Positions 1-11,446 of a DNA stretch of 64,000 nucleotides are shown here, in pieces. The first letter of the stretch is position 1. The number at the start of each line of letters is the position of its first letter. Source of the stretch: Octopus vulgaris (lineage: Eukaryota); the NCBI GenBank assembly GCA_951406725.2, contig OX597838.1, positions 26,040,001-26,104,000 of the forward strand, read 5' to 3'. Both the position numbers and the translations under genes were made by a program. A model generated the notes under the pieces. The model was not told where the DNA came from, made no database searches, and saw nothing but the letters and a program-made list of their open reading frames with translations.

Positions 1-403
1 GCTTTGGTCAGCCTGAGGTCATAATAGAAGACACTTGCCCAAGGTGCCACACAGTGGAACTGAACCTGGAACCATGTGCTTGGGAAGCAAATTTTTTACC
101 AAATGTGCATGTATATACAGGCTCGACGTCACCTTTGAGGATGCAGAGGGGGCTGGCACAGGACTGCCAGTGATGGAAAGCACTACTGGACCTGGTTGGC
201 TCTCTGCATGTTGACACCTCTGGGACCACAAATCTGGGATGACCCCGGGCCCCATCAAGCAAGAGCATGAAGCAAGAAAGTAATGTATTTGTGTGTGTTT
301 GCGTGCGTGCTGTTGTCTTCCTTCCTTGACTGCATGTGATGGCTGTAAATAAGTGTCACTGTCGTGCAAGCGGTGTCCTTCCTTTGTATCCAATCCTCTC
401 CAA

Positions 404-434
<31 letters not shown>

Positions 435-668
435 AATAAAATAAAACAGTGTCTGGTCATGGGGAAATATTTCCTTACTTGGAAACAGCTATGGATTGGT
501 GATAGGAAGCTCATTTGCGTTAATATAGGCACAAGTGTGATTATGAGGTTAAGAAGTTTGCTTCCCAACCATGTGGCATTGGGTACAGAACCACTACATG
601 GCACCTTGGATGAGAATTTTCAGAATCTTCAACTATCACGTTGAAAGCACCGGTTCTCGTCTGATCAT

Positions 669-846
669 AGGTGCAGGAGTGGCTGTGTGGTAAGTAGCTT
701 GCTTACCAGCCATATGGTTCGGGGTTCAGTCCCACTGTGTGGCACCTTGGGTAAGTGTCTTCTACTATAGCCTCAGGCCGACCAAAGCCTTGTGAGTGGA
801 TTTGGTAGACAGAAACTAAAAGAAGCCCGTCGTATATATGTATTTG

Positions 847-877
<31 letters not shown>

Positions 878-1082
878 TTGTGTGTCTGTGTTTGTCCCCC
901 CCACCAACATTGCTTGACAACTGATGCTGGTGTGTTTACGTCCCCGTAACTTAGCGGTTCAGCAAAAGAGACCGATAGACTAAGCACTAGGTTTACAAAG
1001 ACTAAATCCTGGGGTTGATTTGTTCGACTAAAGGCGGTGCTCCAGCATGGCCGCAGTCAAATGACTGAAACTAGTAAAATAA
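669..1082 (+). mobile_element. tRNA-derived SINE, family 1 (CORE-like, ~420 bp, internal (TA)n/(TG)n)
   Basis: A-box-like TGGCTGTGTGG, B-box-like GGTTCAGTCCC, CORE-like CACCTTGGGTAAGT, and tail ...GACTGAAACAAGTAAAAGAG. More than 15 full or partial copies occur in the window. Confidence 0.85.
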
Positions 1083-2057
1083 TCGTGGGCAAATGTCTTT
1101 TACTATGGCCTCAGGCCAACCAAACCCTTGAGAGTGGATTTGGTAGATGAAACTGAAAGATGCCCGGGATATATATATATATATATAAATATAAGAGAGT
1201 TACCGTTAAGTGGTTAACTCTAGTGCTAAAAATAGCTCCTTATTCTGGTATTATTTCACCCTCATTTATGAGTGTATATATATATATATATAGATAGATA
1301 GATAGATAGATATATGCATGTATGCATCTGTATGTGTCCCTCCACTATCGCTTGACAACCGATGTTGGTGTGTTTACGTCCCCCTAACTTAGCACTTCGG
1401 CAAAAGAGACTGATAGAATAAGTACTAGACATACAAAGAATAAGTCCTGGGGTCAATTTGCTCGACTAAAGGTGGTGCTCCAGCATGGCCACAGTCAAAT
1501 AACTGAAACAAGTAAAAGAGTAAAAAGATATATATATATATATATATATATATGTGCCAGAGAGTAGAAATACTGAGGTTGGTGTCTGAGGGCGCAGCAA
1601 ATCCACTTGGAATGAGAAACCCCTAATCTTTGTTAAGGCATCTCTCTAAAAGAGGGATAACTCCTGCTGTTCTAAAGAGCTGGATATCTTGCACTCTGCT
1701 TGTATCTGGTCTTCTTGATATTGCTAGTGAGAGTTGTGGTGTTGCACAAGCCACACTCAACTTAAAACTCTTGCAGGAGCATCACTGTCAACACCACCAG
1801 CATCACTCACACTCATCTAACAAGTAGACAGCCATTATATATATATTTTTATTGTTTTGGTCGTTTGACTGAGGCCATGCTGGAGCACTGCCTTTAGTCA
1901 AACAAATCTTTGTAAGCCTAGTACTTATTCTATTGGTCTCTTTTACCGAAGTGCTAAGTTACAGGGACATAAACGCACCAACATCGGTTGTCAAGTGATA
2001 GTGGAAGGACACACACAGATGCATACATGCATATAACTATCTATCTATCTATCTATA

Positions 2058-2208
2058 GCAAAAACTGTCCGACGAACGGCAACGAGAAACTCAGAGTAAC
2101 AAGTTTTGTTGAATTTTCTGCTGCTTTAAATAAAGCATATTACTCTACCACTGGTATTTGAGTACTCTTTTTTCCACCTTGTTTCACATTTATGTGTTTA
2201 CTCCGGTA
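2058..2208 (+). mobile_element. Short Penelope-like (pLTR-type) fragment in (TATC)n with a variant minimal hammerhead-like motif
   Basis: ACTGT-CCGACGA-ACG GCAA CGA-GAAA-CTC-AGAGT at 2064-2097. The same sequence recurs as an inverted repeat at 10307-10600. Confidence 0.5.
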
Positions 2209-2619
2209 TCTATCTATCTATCTATCTAAAACACCAAAAAATAATAGGAATGACATTTTGGCAAATATAGTCACCGACGTATAAAAAGATGAGATGGTCA
2301 TGGCTGGAAATGCCTTTCATCCTAAGTCTGCAGAATCAGGACTGATAAGAATGAGGTGTGGCAAAAACACAACAATATCGAGAGCTGGTTTATATGCCTG
2401 CCACCCACCAACAGCAATGAGCAGTACCATTATGTTGTACCAATTTGACCGAGACATGTTCGGATATGTCTCTAGTACCTGTGCTGGGGAAATTGGAACT
2501 AATACTAATTATTGATTAATATTTGTTCTTATTATCGCTGCACATAAGTATATATTTCTAGTTTAGCTTTTTAACGCTCCTGTTGTTAAATAATATTAAC
2601 ACTATCTTACCAATCTTTC

Positions 2620-2747
2620 TGTCTATCCATCCATCCAGCCATCCATCCATCCACCCATCCATTCACCCATCCATCCATCCATCCGTCTGTCTGTCTGTCT
2701 GCCTATCCATCCATCCATCCATCTACCTATCTATCTACCTATCTATC

Positions 2748-2800
<53 letters not shown>

Positions 2801-2822
2801 GTCTGTCTGTCTGTCTGTCTAT

Positions 2823-2853
<31 letters not shown>

Positions 2854-3036
2854 TCCATCCATCATCCATCCATCCGTCTGTCTGTCTGTCTGTCCATCCA
2901 TCCATCCATCTATCTATTTGTTTGTCTGCCTGTCTATCTATCTACCTATCGATCAATGTATCTGTCTGTCTGCTTATTTATCTATCTATCTGTCTGTCTG
3001 CCTGTCTCTCTGTCTCTCTCTCTGTTTGTCTGCCTG

Positions 3037-3091
<55 letters not shown>

Positions 3092-3149
3092 GTCTATCTA
3101 TCTATAAGTCTGTCTGTCTGTCTGTCTGCCTGCCTACCTACCTACATAC

Positions 3150-3218
<69 letters not shown>

Positions 3219-3240
3219 CATGCAACCCATCCATCCATTG
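2620..3240. repeat. Compound tetranucleotide microsatellite (CCAT/CTAT/CTGT/CCAG)n
   Basis: Seen directly. Confidence 0.95.
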
Positions 3241-3362
3241 GTGGCAGTGGCATACATTGCTTTCCAAATTGATCTTCTATATTGCAAATACCTCCAAGAA
3301 GGGCTTTACACAATCCTTAAACAATATTCTTGGTTTCTACTGTCAAGTTCATCAAGTTCATC

Positions 3363-3439
<77 letters not shown>

Positions 3440-3615
3440 CATCATCATTTAATGTCCGTTTTCCATGCTAGCATGGGTTGGACGGTTTGACTGGGGTCTG
3501 GTAAGCCATGGAGGCTGAACCAGGCTCTAGTCTGATTTGGCAGTGTTTCTACAGCTGGATGCCCTTCCCAATGCTAAACACTCCGTGAGTGTAGTGGGTA
3601 TTTTTTACGTGCCTA
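3440..3615 (-). mobile_element. SINE/LINE-tail family 4 fragment ending in (GAT)n
   Basis: CATCATCATTTAATGTCCGTTTTCCATGCTAGCATGGG...CTGGATGCCCTTCC; homologous copies at 5531-5885 and 18275-18490. Confidence 0.65.
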
Positions 3616-3688
3616 TAAATATATATATATATGATGATGATGATGATATATATATATATATATATGATGATGATGATGATGATGATGA

Positions 3689-3730
<42 letters not shown>

Positions 3731-3957
3731 ACTTCATCAGCTTACAGCCATTTCTGAAATAGTTGTAAGGTAATGAAATTCTATAAGGTAATGAAGCTCA
3801 TAAGATGATTGTACCAGATTTTCTTGTATATATCATCATCATCATCATTATCATCATCGTTTAACATCTGCCTTCCATGCTTGCATGGGTATATATATAT
3901 ATATGTCTATATATATATATACACACACACATATATATATATATAATATATAAATAT

Positions 3958-4165
3958 AGGCGCAAGAGTAGCTGTATGGTAAGTAGCTTGCGTATCAACC
4001 ACATGGTTTCGGGTTCAGTCCCACTGCATTGCACCTTGAGCAAGTGTCTTCTTCTATAGACTCAGGCTGACCAAAACCTTGTGAGTGGATTTGGTAGATG
4101 GAAGCTGGAGGAGGCCCGTCATATATATATATGTATATATACATATATATATACATGCGTGTGTG

Positions 4166-4197
<32 letters not shown>

Positions 4198-4425
4198 CAT
4201 ACACACACATGTATATGTTTGTGTGTCTGTGTTTGTTCCCCCCCCCACCATTGCTTGACGATGTTGGTATGTTTATGTCCCTGTAACTTGGCAGTTCAAC
4301 AAAAGAAACTGATAGAATAAGTACTGGGCTTACAAAGAATAAGCCCTGGGGTTGATTTGTTCACCAAAGGCAGTGCTCCAGCATGGCCACAGTCAAATGA
4401 CTGAAACAAGTAAAAGAATAAAAGA

Positions 4426-4430
<5 letters not shown>
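3958..4430 (+). mobile_element. SINE family 1, CpG-decayed copy
   Basis: Colinear with 669-1082, with many CpG>TpG/CpA changes. Confidence 0.85.
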
Positions 4431-4461
<31 letters not shown>

Positions 4462-4469
4462 TAGGTAGT

Positions 4470-4880
4470 CCATTGGTGTCTGATAATGGCAAAGTCTGTG
4501 TTCTCAGTGATGTGAGTGCATGTAACTCTGCAGACCAAAGCTGGAAGCACAACAGGTACCCACAGATGTCACAGCAATAGTCTGTTGACTGGGTTGAGGC
4601 AGATGCTCCCATGTGGTGTCTTTCTCTTGCAGCATGAAGATGCTGTTGCCAGTCCTCTTCGAAGGCAGCTGCTACTTGTGAGGTGAGAGACCCCAATGAT
4701 GATCTGTCTGTGGCAGAGGCTTCAAGTTTGCATAGTCGAATGCTGCTCCATTTGAGGTTTCTTTTTCAGAGTGTCCTTGTACCTTGGTTAAGGTCTTTCA
4801 CTTTTGCATTAGCCCTGCGTGAGCTCACCCCACAACAACTGCCTGGGTACACGGTTGTCTGTCATTCTGATGATATGGCC
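4470..4880 (-). pseudogene. 3' end of an RTE-clade LINE ORF (degraded)
   Basis: Minus-strand translation ...SLTSQVAAAFEED..RERHH..DYCCDICG (terminal Cys motif), with an upstream G-R-Q-G...RYKDTLKK-like segment typical of RTE C-termini. Confidence 0.6.
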
Positions 4881-5025
4881 AGAATTTTCAATTCGATTCA
4901 AATTCAACAAGCTACTCCGAATTCCTTATTAGAGTATTCACATAAATTGAGTGAGGAGAGGCTAGTTTGTGCTTACAGGAAAATATTACTTAAAAACATT
5001 AGTACATATTTGTTTTTATTAATAA

Positions 5026-5397
5026 CTAGCAGTATCGCCCGGCGTTGCTCAGGTTTGTAAGGGAAATAACTATAAAGCATTTTTAGAGAGTTATAGCCAA
5101 AAAATAATCCAAAAAAATGATGGTAAATTTTTTTAGTTAAAAAAGGTCGAGTTGCGTCCTCTAGACAGTCTGTTTGGTTTGTGTTTCTGATTCTCGACCC
5201 CATGTCGAATTTATCGATTTTTCAGAACTGGGGGAACTTTTCAAAATTTTCGCTGCGTTAGTTTTGAATTATGACATTGGGCTATGTGTGTCTCAAGTTT
5301 CATCAGAATCGGTTGAAAGCCGTGGTCAGGGTGAGGGTACAACCAAACAGACACACAGAAACACACACAGACAAACTGCCGTTTATATATAGAGAGA
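5026..5397 (-). mobile_element. Non-autonomous Helitron
   Basis: On the minus strand: 5' TC(TCTCTATATATAAA), 3' GC-rich hairpin (CCTGAGCAACGCCGGG) then CTAG, inserted between A and T with no TSD. Confidence 0.8.
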
Positions 5398-5530
5398 TAA
5401 GCAGAGTAACTCAAAGCCAGAGGGTTTCATTTGTAGGCACTTATCAAACACGGTAACCATTGTCACCAGGATATAAATATAATCCACTAGATTTGAAACC
5501 ATGTGTGTGTGTGTGTGTTTGTGTGAGACT

Positions 5531-5885
5531 ATCATCACCATCGTTTAAGGTCTGTTTTCCATTCTGGCATGGGTTGGATGGATTGACTAAGGTCTGGAAA
5601 GCCAGCAGCTGCACCAGGCTCCAATCTGATCTGACAATGTTTCTACGGCTGGATGCCCTTCCTAATGCCAACCACTCTGAGAGTGTAGTGGGTGCATTTT
5701 ATGTGCCACCGACACAGGTGCCAGACGAGGCTGGCGAACGGCCATGTTCGGATAGCGATATATGTTTTTATGTGCCACCGACACAGGTGCCAGACGAGGC
5801 TGGCAGACGGCCACGCTCGGATGGTGTTTTTATGTGCCACCGACACAGGTGCCAGACGAGGCTGGCAGACGGCCACGCTCGGATG
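5531..5885 (-). mobile_element. Family 4 element with three internal ~62-68 bp tandem units
   Basis: TTTTATGTGCCACCGACACAGGTGCCAGACGAGGCTGGC... occurs three times at 5697-5885. Confidence 0.75.
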
Positions 5886-6629
5886 TGTGTGTGTATGTAT
5901 ATATGTATATGCATCTCTTTCTCTCTCTCTCTCTCTCTCCATATATATATATATATACATACATATATATATACACATAAAATCAAAATAAGCAACAAGG
6001 ATATCCAGAGGTAATGCAATATGATCGTGTCAAGCGACTCCATTTAATTGAACAATGCAACCATTACATCAATTTAAATGCAGAGCAATTCTCAGCTGTA
6101 CAAAGACATAGAATTTAATTAAATTAAAACAGATGGACACATTAATATAATTTTACCTAAAATCTCCTAGAAGTTAAGGAGTTAGACAAACAACATTTAA
6201 CTATAGTACTTCATAATAAGATTTCCCCTGTTTCATTATCAATGATCTGCTAGTGGCCAGCCCCCTTAATTATCAGCTAACATCTTGATTTAAGTTTTCC
6301 TTTACCAAATCTCATGATATTGCTTCTAGTAAATCTTGATTTTTTTATGACTATACCCACTATGATTTCTGTCGATTCCCTCAGCCCTATCCCTGACAGA
6401 CACTGCCCCTTGTCTCTCAGCCTTAGATATACAAGGATTTGATAAAACTAGTCTAGAAATTAAAACTGACCCCATAAAACAGTGACAAGCAAAATCTGTA
6501 ACACGTCTTTCTTCCTGATACCTTAGTAGCTTCTAAGCTGAAGTGAAGGCAGCATGTTCTTTGTCTATCTCCTTGCCTTCTTGGAGAGTTTAGGTAAAAT
6601 TATACTCATGTGTCCATCTGTTTTAATTT

Positions 6630-7333
6630 AATTAAATTCTGTCTTTGTGGGAAGATGAATGGAGGCAATAATGTCACCATCACTAGTGATCACTCCAAAC
6701 ATCATGATGTTGACTGGATGTTTGATTTTTATCACTCTCGGTACATATTTTGGGGACACAGCAAACCAATGACTGTTCTGTATGTTCACCATCTGATCTT
6801 GGCAGAAATTTTCTTGTCTGAGAAAAACCAAACTTGGGATAAAAATTGGCCCTTTCTCATCTTGTATGAGGAATACCAAATGTCTTCATGCCCAACCTGC
6901 CTGATAAGAAACTCAGACACTCCCATGTCCCTGATTGACTTGGAGGGATTGTTGTCAATCTTGGCCTGGATCTCACCAACAAATTCAGGAATTCTTTTCT
7001 TATCAGAAGGATCAGGGTGAGCTTTTCGAGCTGCTGTACCTTCGTAATCACCATTAGACTCACCCAACCCTTTACAAATCCTCTGCACTGTCCTCAGATT
7101 GACACCCAAACACTCTGAGATGTTTATATTGGAGCTTCTGGTGTGAATGCTAAGCAGTACAGCATGTCGTTTCCAAATTTCTGGCAGAGGGAATTACATC
7201 ATAGTGCTGTTTTACTCACAAACAGTGCCCAACTGACTCTACTATACTGTGCAGTTGACAAAATCAAAAACAAATAATGCACACGTGTGAAATTAAAAAT
7301 ATAAAATGGCGATAATTTACCCCTCGCACCCTG
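6630..7333 (-). pseudogene. Truncated Tc1/mariner-superfamily element (maT/DD37D-like) with transposase remnant
   Basis: Frameshifted peptides: HTH-like GVNLRTVQRI, NPSKSIRDMGVS, WFFSDKK, NIQNSHW...KHPVNIMMFGVITSDG. Terminus CAGGGTGCGAGGGGTAAATTATCGCC (minus strand) ends at 7333. Confidence 0.8.
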
Positions 7334-8005
7334 CACACACACACACACACCTATTGCCATCAATGGGTTTGACAAGAGATTACTGCTTTCCTGGATTGGT
7401 TGAAGAAGCACATCTCACTTATTAAGTTACAAATATTGTGAAGAAGATGATGATGATTGTTGCTAATAGGATGGTTGTGGTAGCTTCTTGATTTCAATTA
7501 GAGTTTACGGAAATAATGTATGAACTTGTGCGATGTTGATCCTTCGAATTTATTTTTAATTGTGATAATGAAACAATGGGATCAGTCCTTACCACCAAAA
7601 TTAATTTATCTTGCAAAAGAACACACACATGTCTACACATAGACACACGTAGATAAACATAGATGAAGTCCCATTTTGGAAGTATGTTAAAGTATTTAGT
7701 AGACGTATGATGGAGAATTATTCAAAATCGTGTTTGCTTCTATGGGAATTGCTTACCTTTAAAGCAAAAAAACAAGACCAACATATACAACAGGTATGTA
7801 TAACATGCTGTTTCACTTGTTTTAGCCACTCATTTTCTGAGAGCTGTAGAGATTGTTGTGCACACACACCCTTTATTTCTGAGTAGAGAGGGGTGTGTGG
7901 ATCGGTGCATATGTCCCTCATGCGTTCCAAAACCGAGTTGTCGATTTTCACATATGGAGTATCAAAAGATTCAGTACTATTTCCACTACTAACTAAACTT
8001 TATTT

Positions 8006-8695
8006 GGATCTTTTCCTTTTGAACGGCAGTTTTCAACACAATTTCTAGTTAATTAAACACTTTTAAACTTCGTATACTGGTAGAATGTGTCAAAATAAAA
8101 CATTTTTTTTTCTTGGCTTTCTTGACAAAATTGTAATTTGTAAGTTTAACATAGTTTAATTTTTCGAATTTTAACCAATTAATTGCCTCTATTGAGCTAA
8201 AATCATTTGCTGCGTCTAAAACTGAGACAACATCCTGTCACTAACTTTAACCCTAACCCTAAATTTTAGCCTTTCGTTTTTTTTTCTTAATTGTTAAATC
8301 AATTTAATTGTTACGCGTGTGTCTAAAATTATTCGGTTTGTTTTTGTTTTGAGTTTTTGCTTTCGTTTTAGCCTTTCGTTTTTTTCTTAATTGTTATCCT
8401 TAAATTAATTTAACAATTAAGAAAAAAAAAAAAACGAAAGACTAAAATTTAGGGTTAGGGTTAGTGACAGGATGTCTGTTTTAGACGCAACAAATGATTT
8501 TAGCTCAATAGAGGGCATAGGATTGATTAAAATTCGAAAAATTAAACTACGTTAAACTTACAAATTACAATTTTCTCAAGAAAACCAAGAGAAAAAAATG
8601 TTTTATTTTGACACATTCTACCAGTATATGAAGTTTAAAAGTGTTTAGTTAATTAGAAATTGTGTTGAAAACTGCCATTCAAAAGGAAAAGATCC
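8006..8695. mobile_element. Foldback MITE with ~280-bp TIRs and 11-bp TSD (Mutator-like)
   Basis: GGATCTTTTCCTTTTGAACGGCAG ... CTGCCATTCAAAAGGAAAAGATCC; AAACTTTATTT duplicated at 7995-8005 and 8696-8706. Confidence 0.9.
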
Positions 8696-8949
8696 AAACT
8701 TTATTTTCATTGACAAATTTGAATTACAAAAATTTAAAATTATAACCTTTTCCGTAAGTTAACTATCGTAAACATTTTATTCGACGACCATAATGGCGTC
8801 ACATTTTCTCTATGAGTGCGTACTTTAAAAGACATCCATTATCACCTTCACTCACTCTATCTCTCTCCCTTTCTCTCTCACACACGTGAGCGCACAGACA
8901 CACAAAATCCCAATTTTGCTCTAACATCACGGCTCTATACAGCTATTGC

Positions 8950-9867
8950 AATATCACTCTTTATGAAAGAGTTCTCCATTTCCACGGTAAAAATAATACT
9001 GCCATTACATTTTTCATGGAACATGGTGGCCTGCCGTATACCCACAATTGTCCGACATGTAATTTTCCATGTATTTTGCGCGAGGAAACGAACATGTGGC
9101 GTTGCCGTAGGATGGTACGACGACGTCGCCAATCCAGAAGGGAGTGTGAATATTCTGAATCTTTATTGAAGAACTCCTTTCTGGAAAAACCCATGTTTCG
9201 CCTTAGAAGATTTTGCTTTTCGTGAATCTATTCCTCAGCACAGCTTGGTAGCACAGATTAATCGAGGAAAATCTCGAATTCTGCCGTAAAACCACTGTAG
9301 ATTGGCAGTCTTTCTGTGCTGAAGTCTGCCAGTTTTGGACAGAAAACCACCAAAATATGATCGGAGGAGATTTGGATTGAAACTGAGATCGATGAAACGG
9401 TTCTGGTCCATCGAAAATATCAACATGGCAGGATAATCAAAACGGTTTGGCTTTTTAGTGGACTTGACGAAGAGAGGGTTTATGGTCCCACTTTTGACCA
9501 AATGTGGCGAGGGCAACAGACGAATGCTGACACCCTCATTCCTATCATTAGACGCTACGTCAGGCCGGGATCAATAATTTATAGTAATTGTTGGCATGTG
9601 TATAGTAACTTGAACAGCATGGGTTATATACACTATCAGGTTAATCGCTCCGAACACTTTGTGGATCCTCATAACCCAGCTGTTCACACTCAGAATATTA
9701 AGCATTTATGGGGAAGCCTGAAAAAGTGCATTGTTTATCTCGGAATGAGACCGAAGTATCTCAAACAGTATGTCGCTAGATTACTTTTTATATGGGCCAT
9801 TTCACCGTCAACTCAGCGACTTGATAAGTATCTTTTGGATGCTGGAAAACTGTATCCATGTTCCTGA
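8950..9867 (+). pseudogene. Merlin/IS1016 (IS1595/ISXO2-like DDE) transposase pseudogene
   Basis: N-terminal CPTC...WRC...C Zn-ribbon; IGG..EIDETVLVHRKYQHGR..WLFSG (9355-9465); ADTLIPIIRRYVRPGSIIYSNCW..Y..L...GYIHYQVN.SEHFVDP...VHTQNIKHLW; frameshifts and stops. Confidence 0.88.
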
Positions 9868-10149
9868 GGACACGGAAGAATTGGTTCTTAATGTTCAATC
9901 ATACTTAACTTTTTTTTTTCCATCAAACTATATTCAACACTATATATCTCGCCCAGAGATTTATTATTGTTTATATTCAACACCATATTTATGAAACCAT
10001 TCGGATAAAATTTTACAAGTGCCATAAATAAACCAGGATACACATTGTGCCTTTTCATGAGGCGTAGCCATTTTATAGGGGTTCAGTGAATTAGTTCCCT
10101 TCCATCAACAGAGTATCTGAAATACAAAAAATTAATTCGATATCAATAA

Positions 10150-10252
10150 AAACTTTAATAAACAATTATTAAAATAAAACAAATCTGGTTAAAATATCTC
10201 ATCAACTGCCTTTGTAATAATTTTTTTAAATTGTAAAGAGACTTTATGGACA

Positions 10253-10258
<6 letters not shown>
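10150..10258 (-). mobile_element. Isolated Tc1/mariner-like terminus
   Basis: Minus strand TAGAGATGTCCATAAAGTCTCTTTACAA resembles a CAGGGTGTCC-type TIR abutting (TA)n. Confidence 0.35.
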
Positions 10259-10306
<48 letters not shown>

Positions 10307-10308
<2 letters not shown>

Positions 10309-10405
10309 GGAGTAAACACATAAATGTGAAACAAGGTGGAAAAAAGAGTACTCAAATACCAGTGGTTTTGTCATTTATGTATTGAGGTGGGGGGAGGCTG
10401 TACTA

Positions 10406-10444
<39 letters not shown>

Positions 10445-10650
10445 ATATATATATACTTTATTTAAAGCAGCAGAAAATTCAACAAAACCTGTTACTCTGA
10501 GTTTCACGTTGCCGTTCGGAAAGTTTTTGCAACGAACGGCAACGTGAAACTCAGAGTAACAGGTTTTGTTGAATTTTCTGCTGCTTTAAATAAAGTATAT
10601 ATATATATAGTACAGCTCCCCCCCACCTCAATACTTAAATGACAAAACAC
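10307..10650. mobile_element. Palindromic Penelope-like insertion (same family as 2058-2208)
   Basis: Inverted arms at ~10365-10518 and 10533-10648; tail segment 10307-10364 is the reverse complement of 2148-2208. Confidence 0.7.
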
Positions 10651-11158
10651 AGCTTTACTCAATCACCTTCTCCCTCTCTCTCTCTCCACACGAGATCGAA
10701 GCGTAAATAGTTAACTGCTTAAAATTTCAGCGCGAAAAAATGCTAAATGAAAGTGGAAACACTTGATTCCGTATCAAAACTGTTTTGCAGCTTAGGTCTT
10801 ATACATCCTGGGATCTATATATCCAGTAATTTTAGCAGGTATGTAAAAGATATTGTTTTAATACACTTTGACTCGTTTCATACAAACACTAACATGGTTT
10901 TTTTTTGTCCAGACATTGTTACCACTAATTTTTTATAACTTCAGTATTCATTTATTATTCTTTTCAAACTCCTTGGATTGTTCAATCCGATGTAATCTAC
11001 ACTCTAAAAAACGTATCTCTGCAAAATGTCATTTTAAAATATACGTAAAGAAAGGGGGCTGATGCCGTTTCGCACCTCACCTTCAAAGGTGCATTTTTAA
11101 TAAAAGATTTCTTCGGAAACATGTCTGTATATATGTGTGTGTGTGTGTATGTGTGTAT

Positions 11159-11217
<59 letters not shown>

Positions 11218-11446
11218 TAGATAAAGGGAGAGAGAGAGAGAGAACGTAATAACAAGTGAATGAGAATAATGACAAGGATTAAAAAAGCGTAAACATAATT
11301 GAAGATAAAATGAAACAAAAATCAAGCTAAAACATTATGAATTATTGAAAGTGGGTAGAAAAAAACATCACTTAGTGTAGTAGTACTATGCTAGGGTATC
11401 TGTAGAAAGTTGAATGTGATTTCGGAATATAACAAGGAAAAAGTTC

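Noticed and set aside
7430-7615. Minus-strand open stretch DKLILVVRTDPIVSLSQLKINSKDQHRTSSYIISVNSN*
   Set aside because: Weak AAG acceptor and no recognisable protein similarity.
9502-9867. Bacterial IS1595 element or contamination
   Set aside because: The motifs match eukaryotic Merlin, and the ORF is decayed and embedded among host SINEs.
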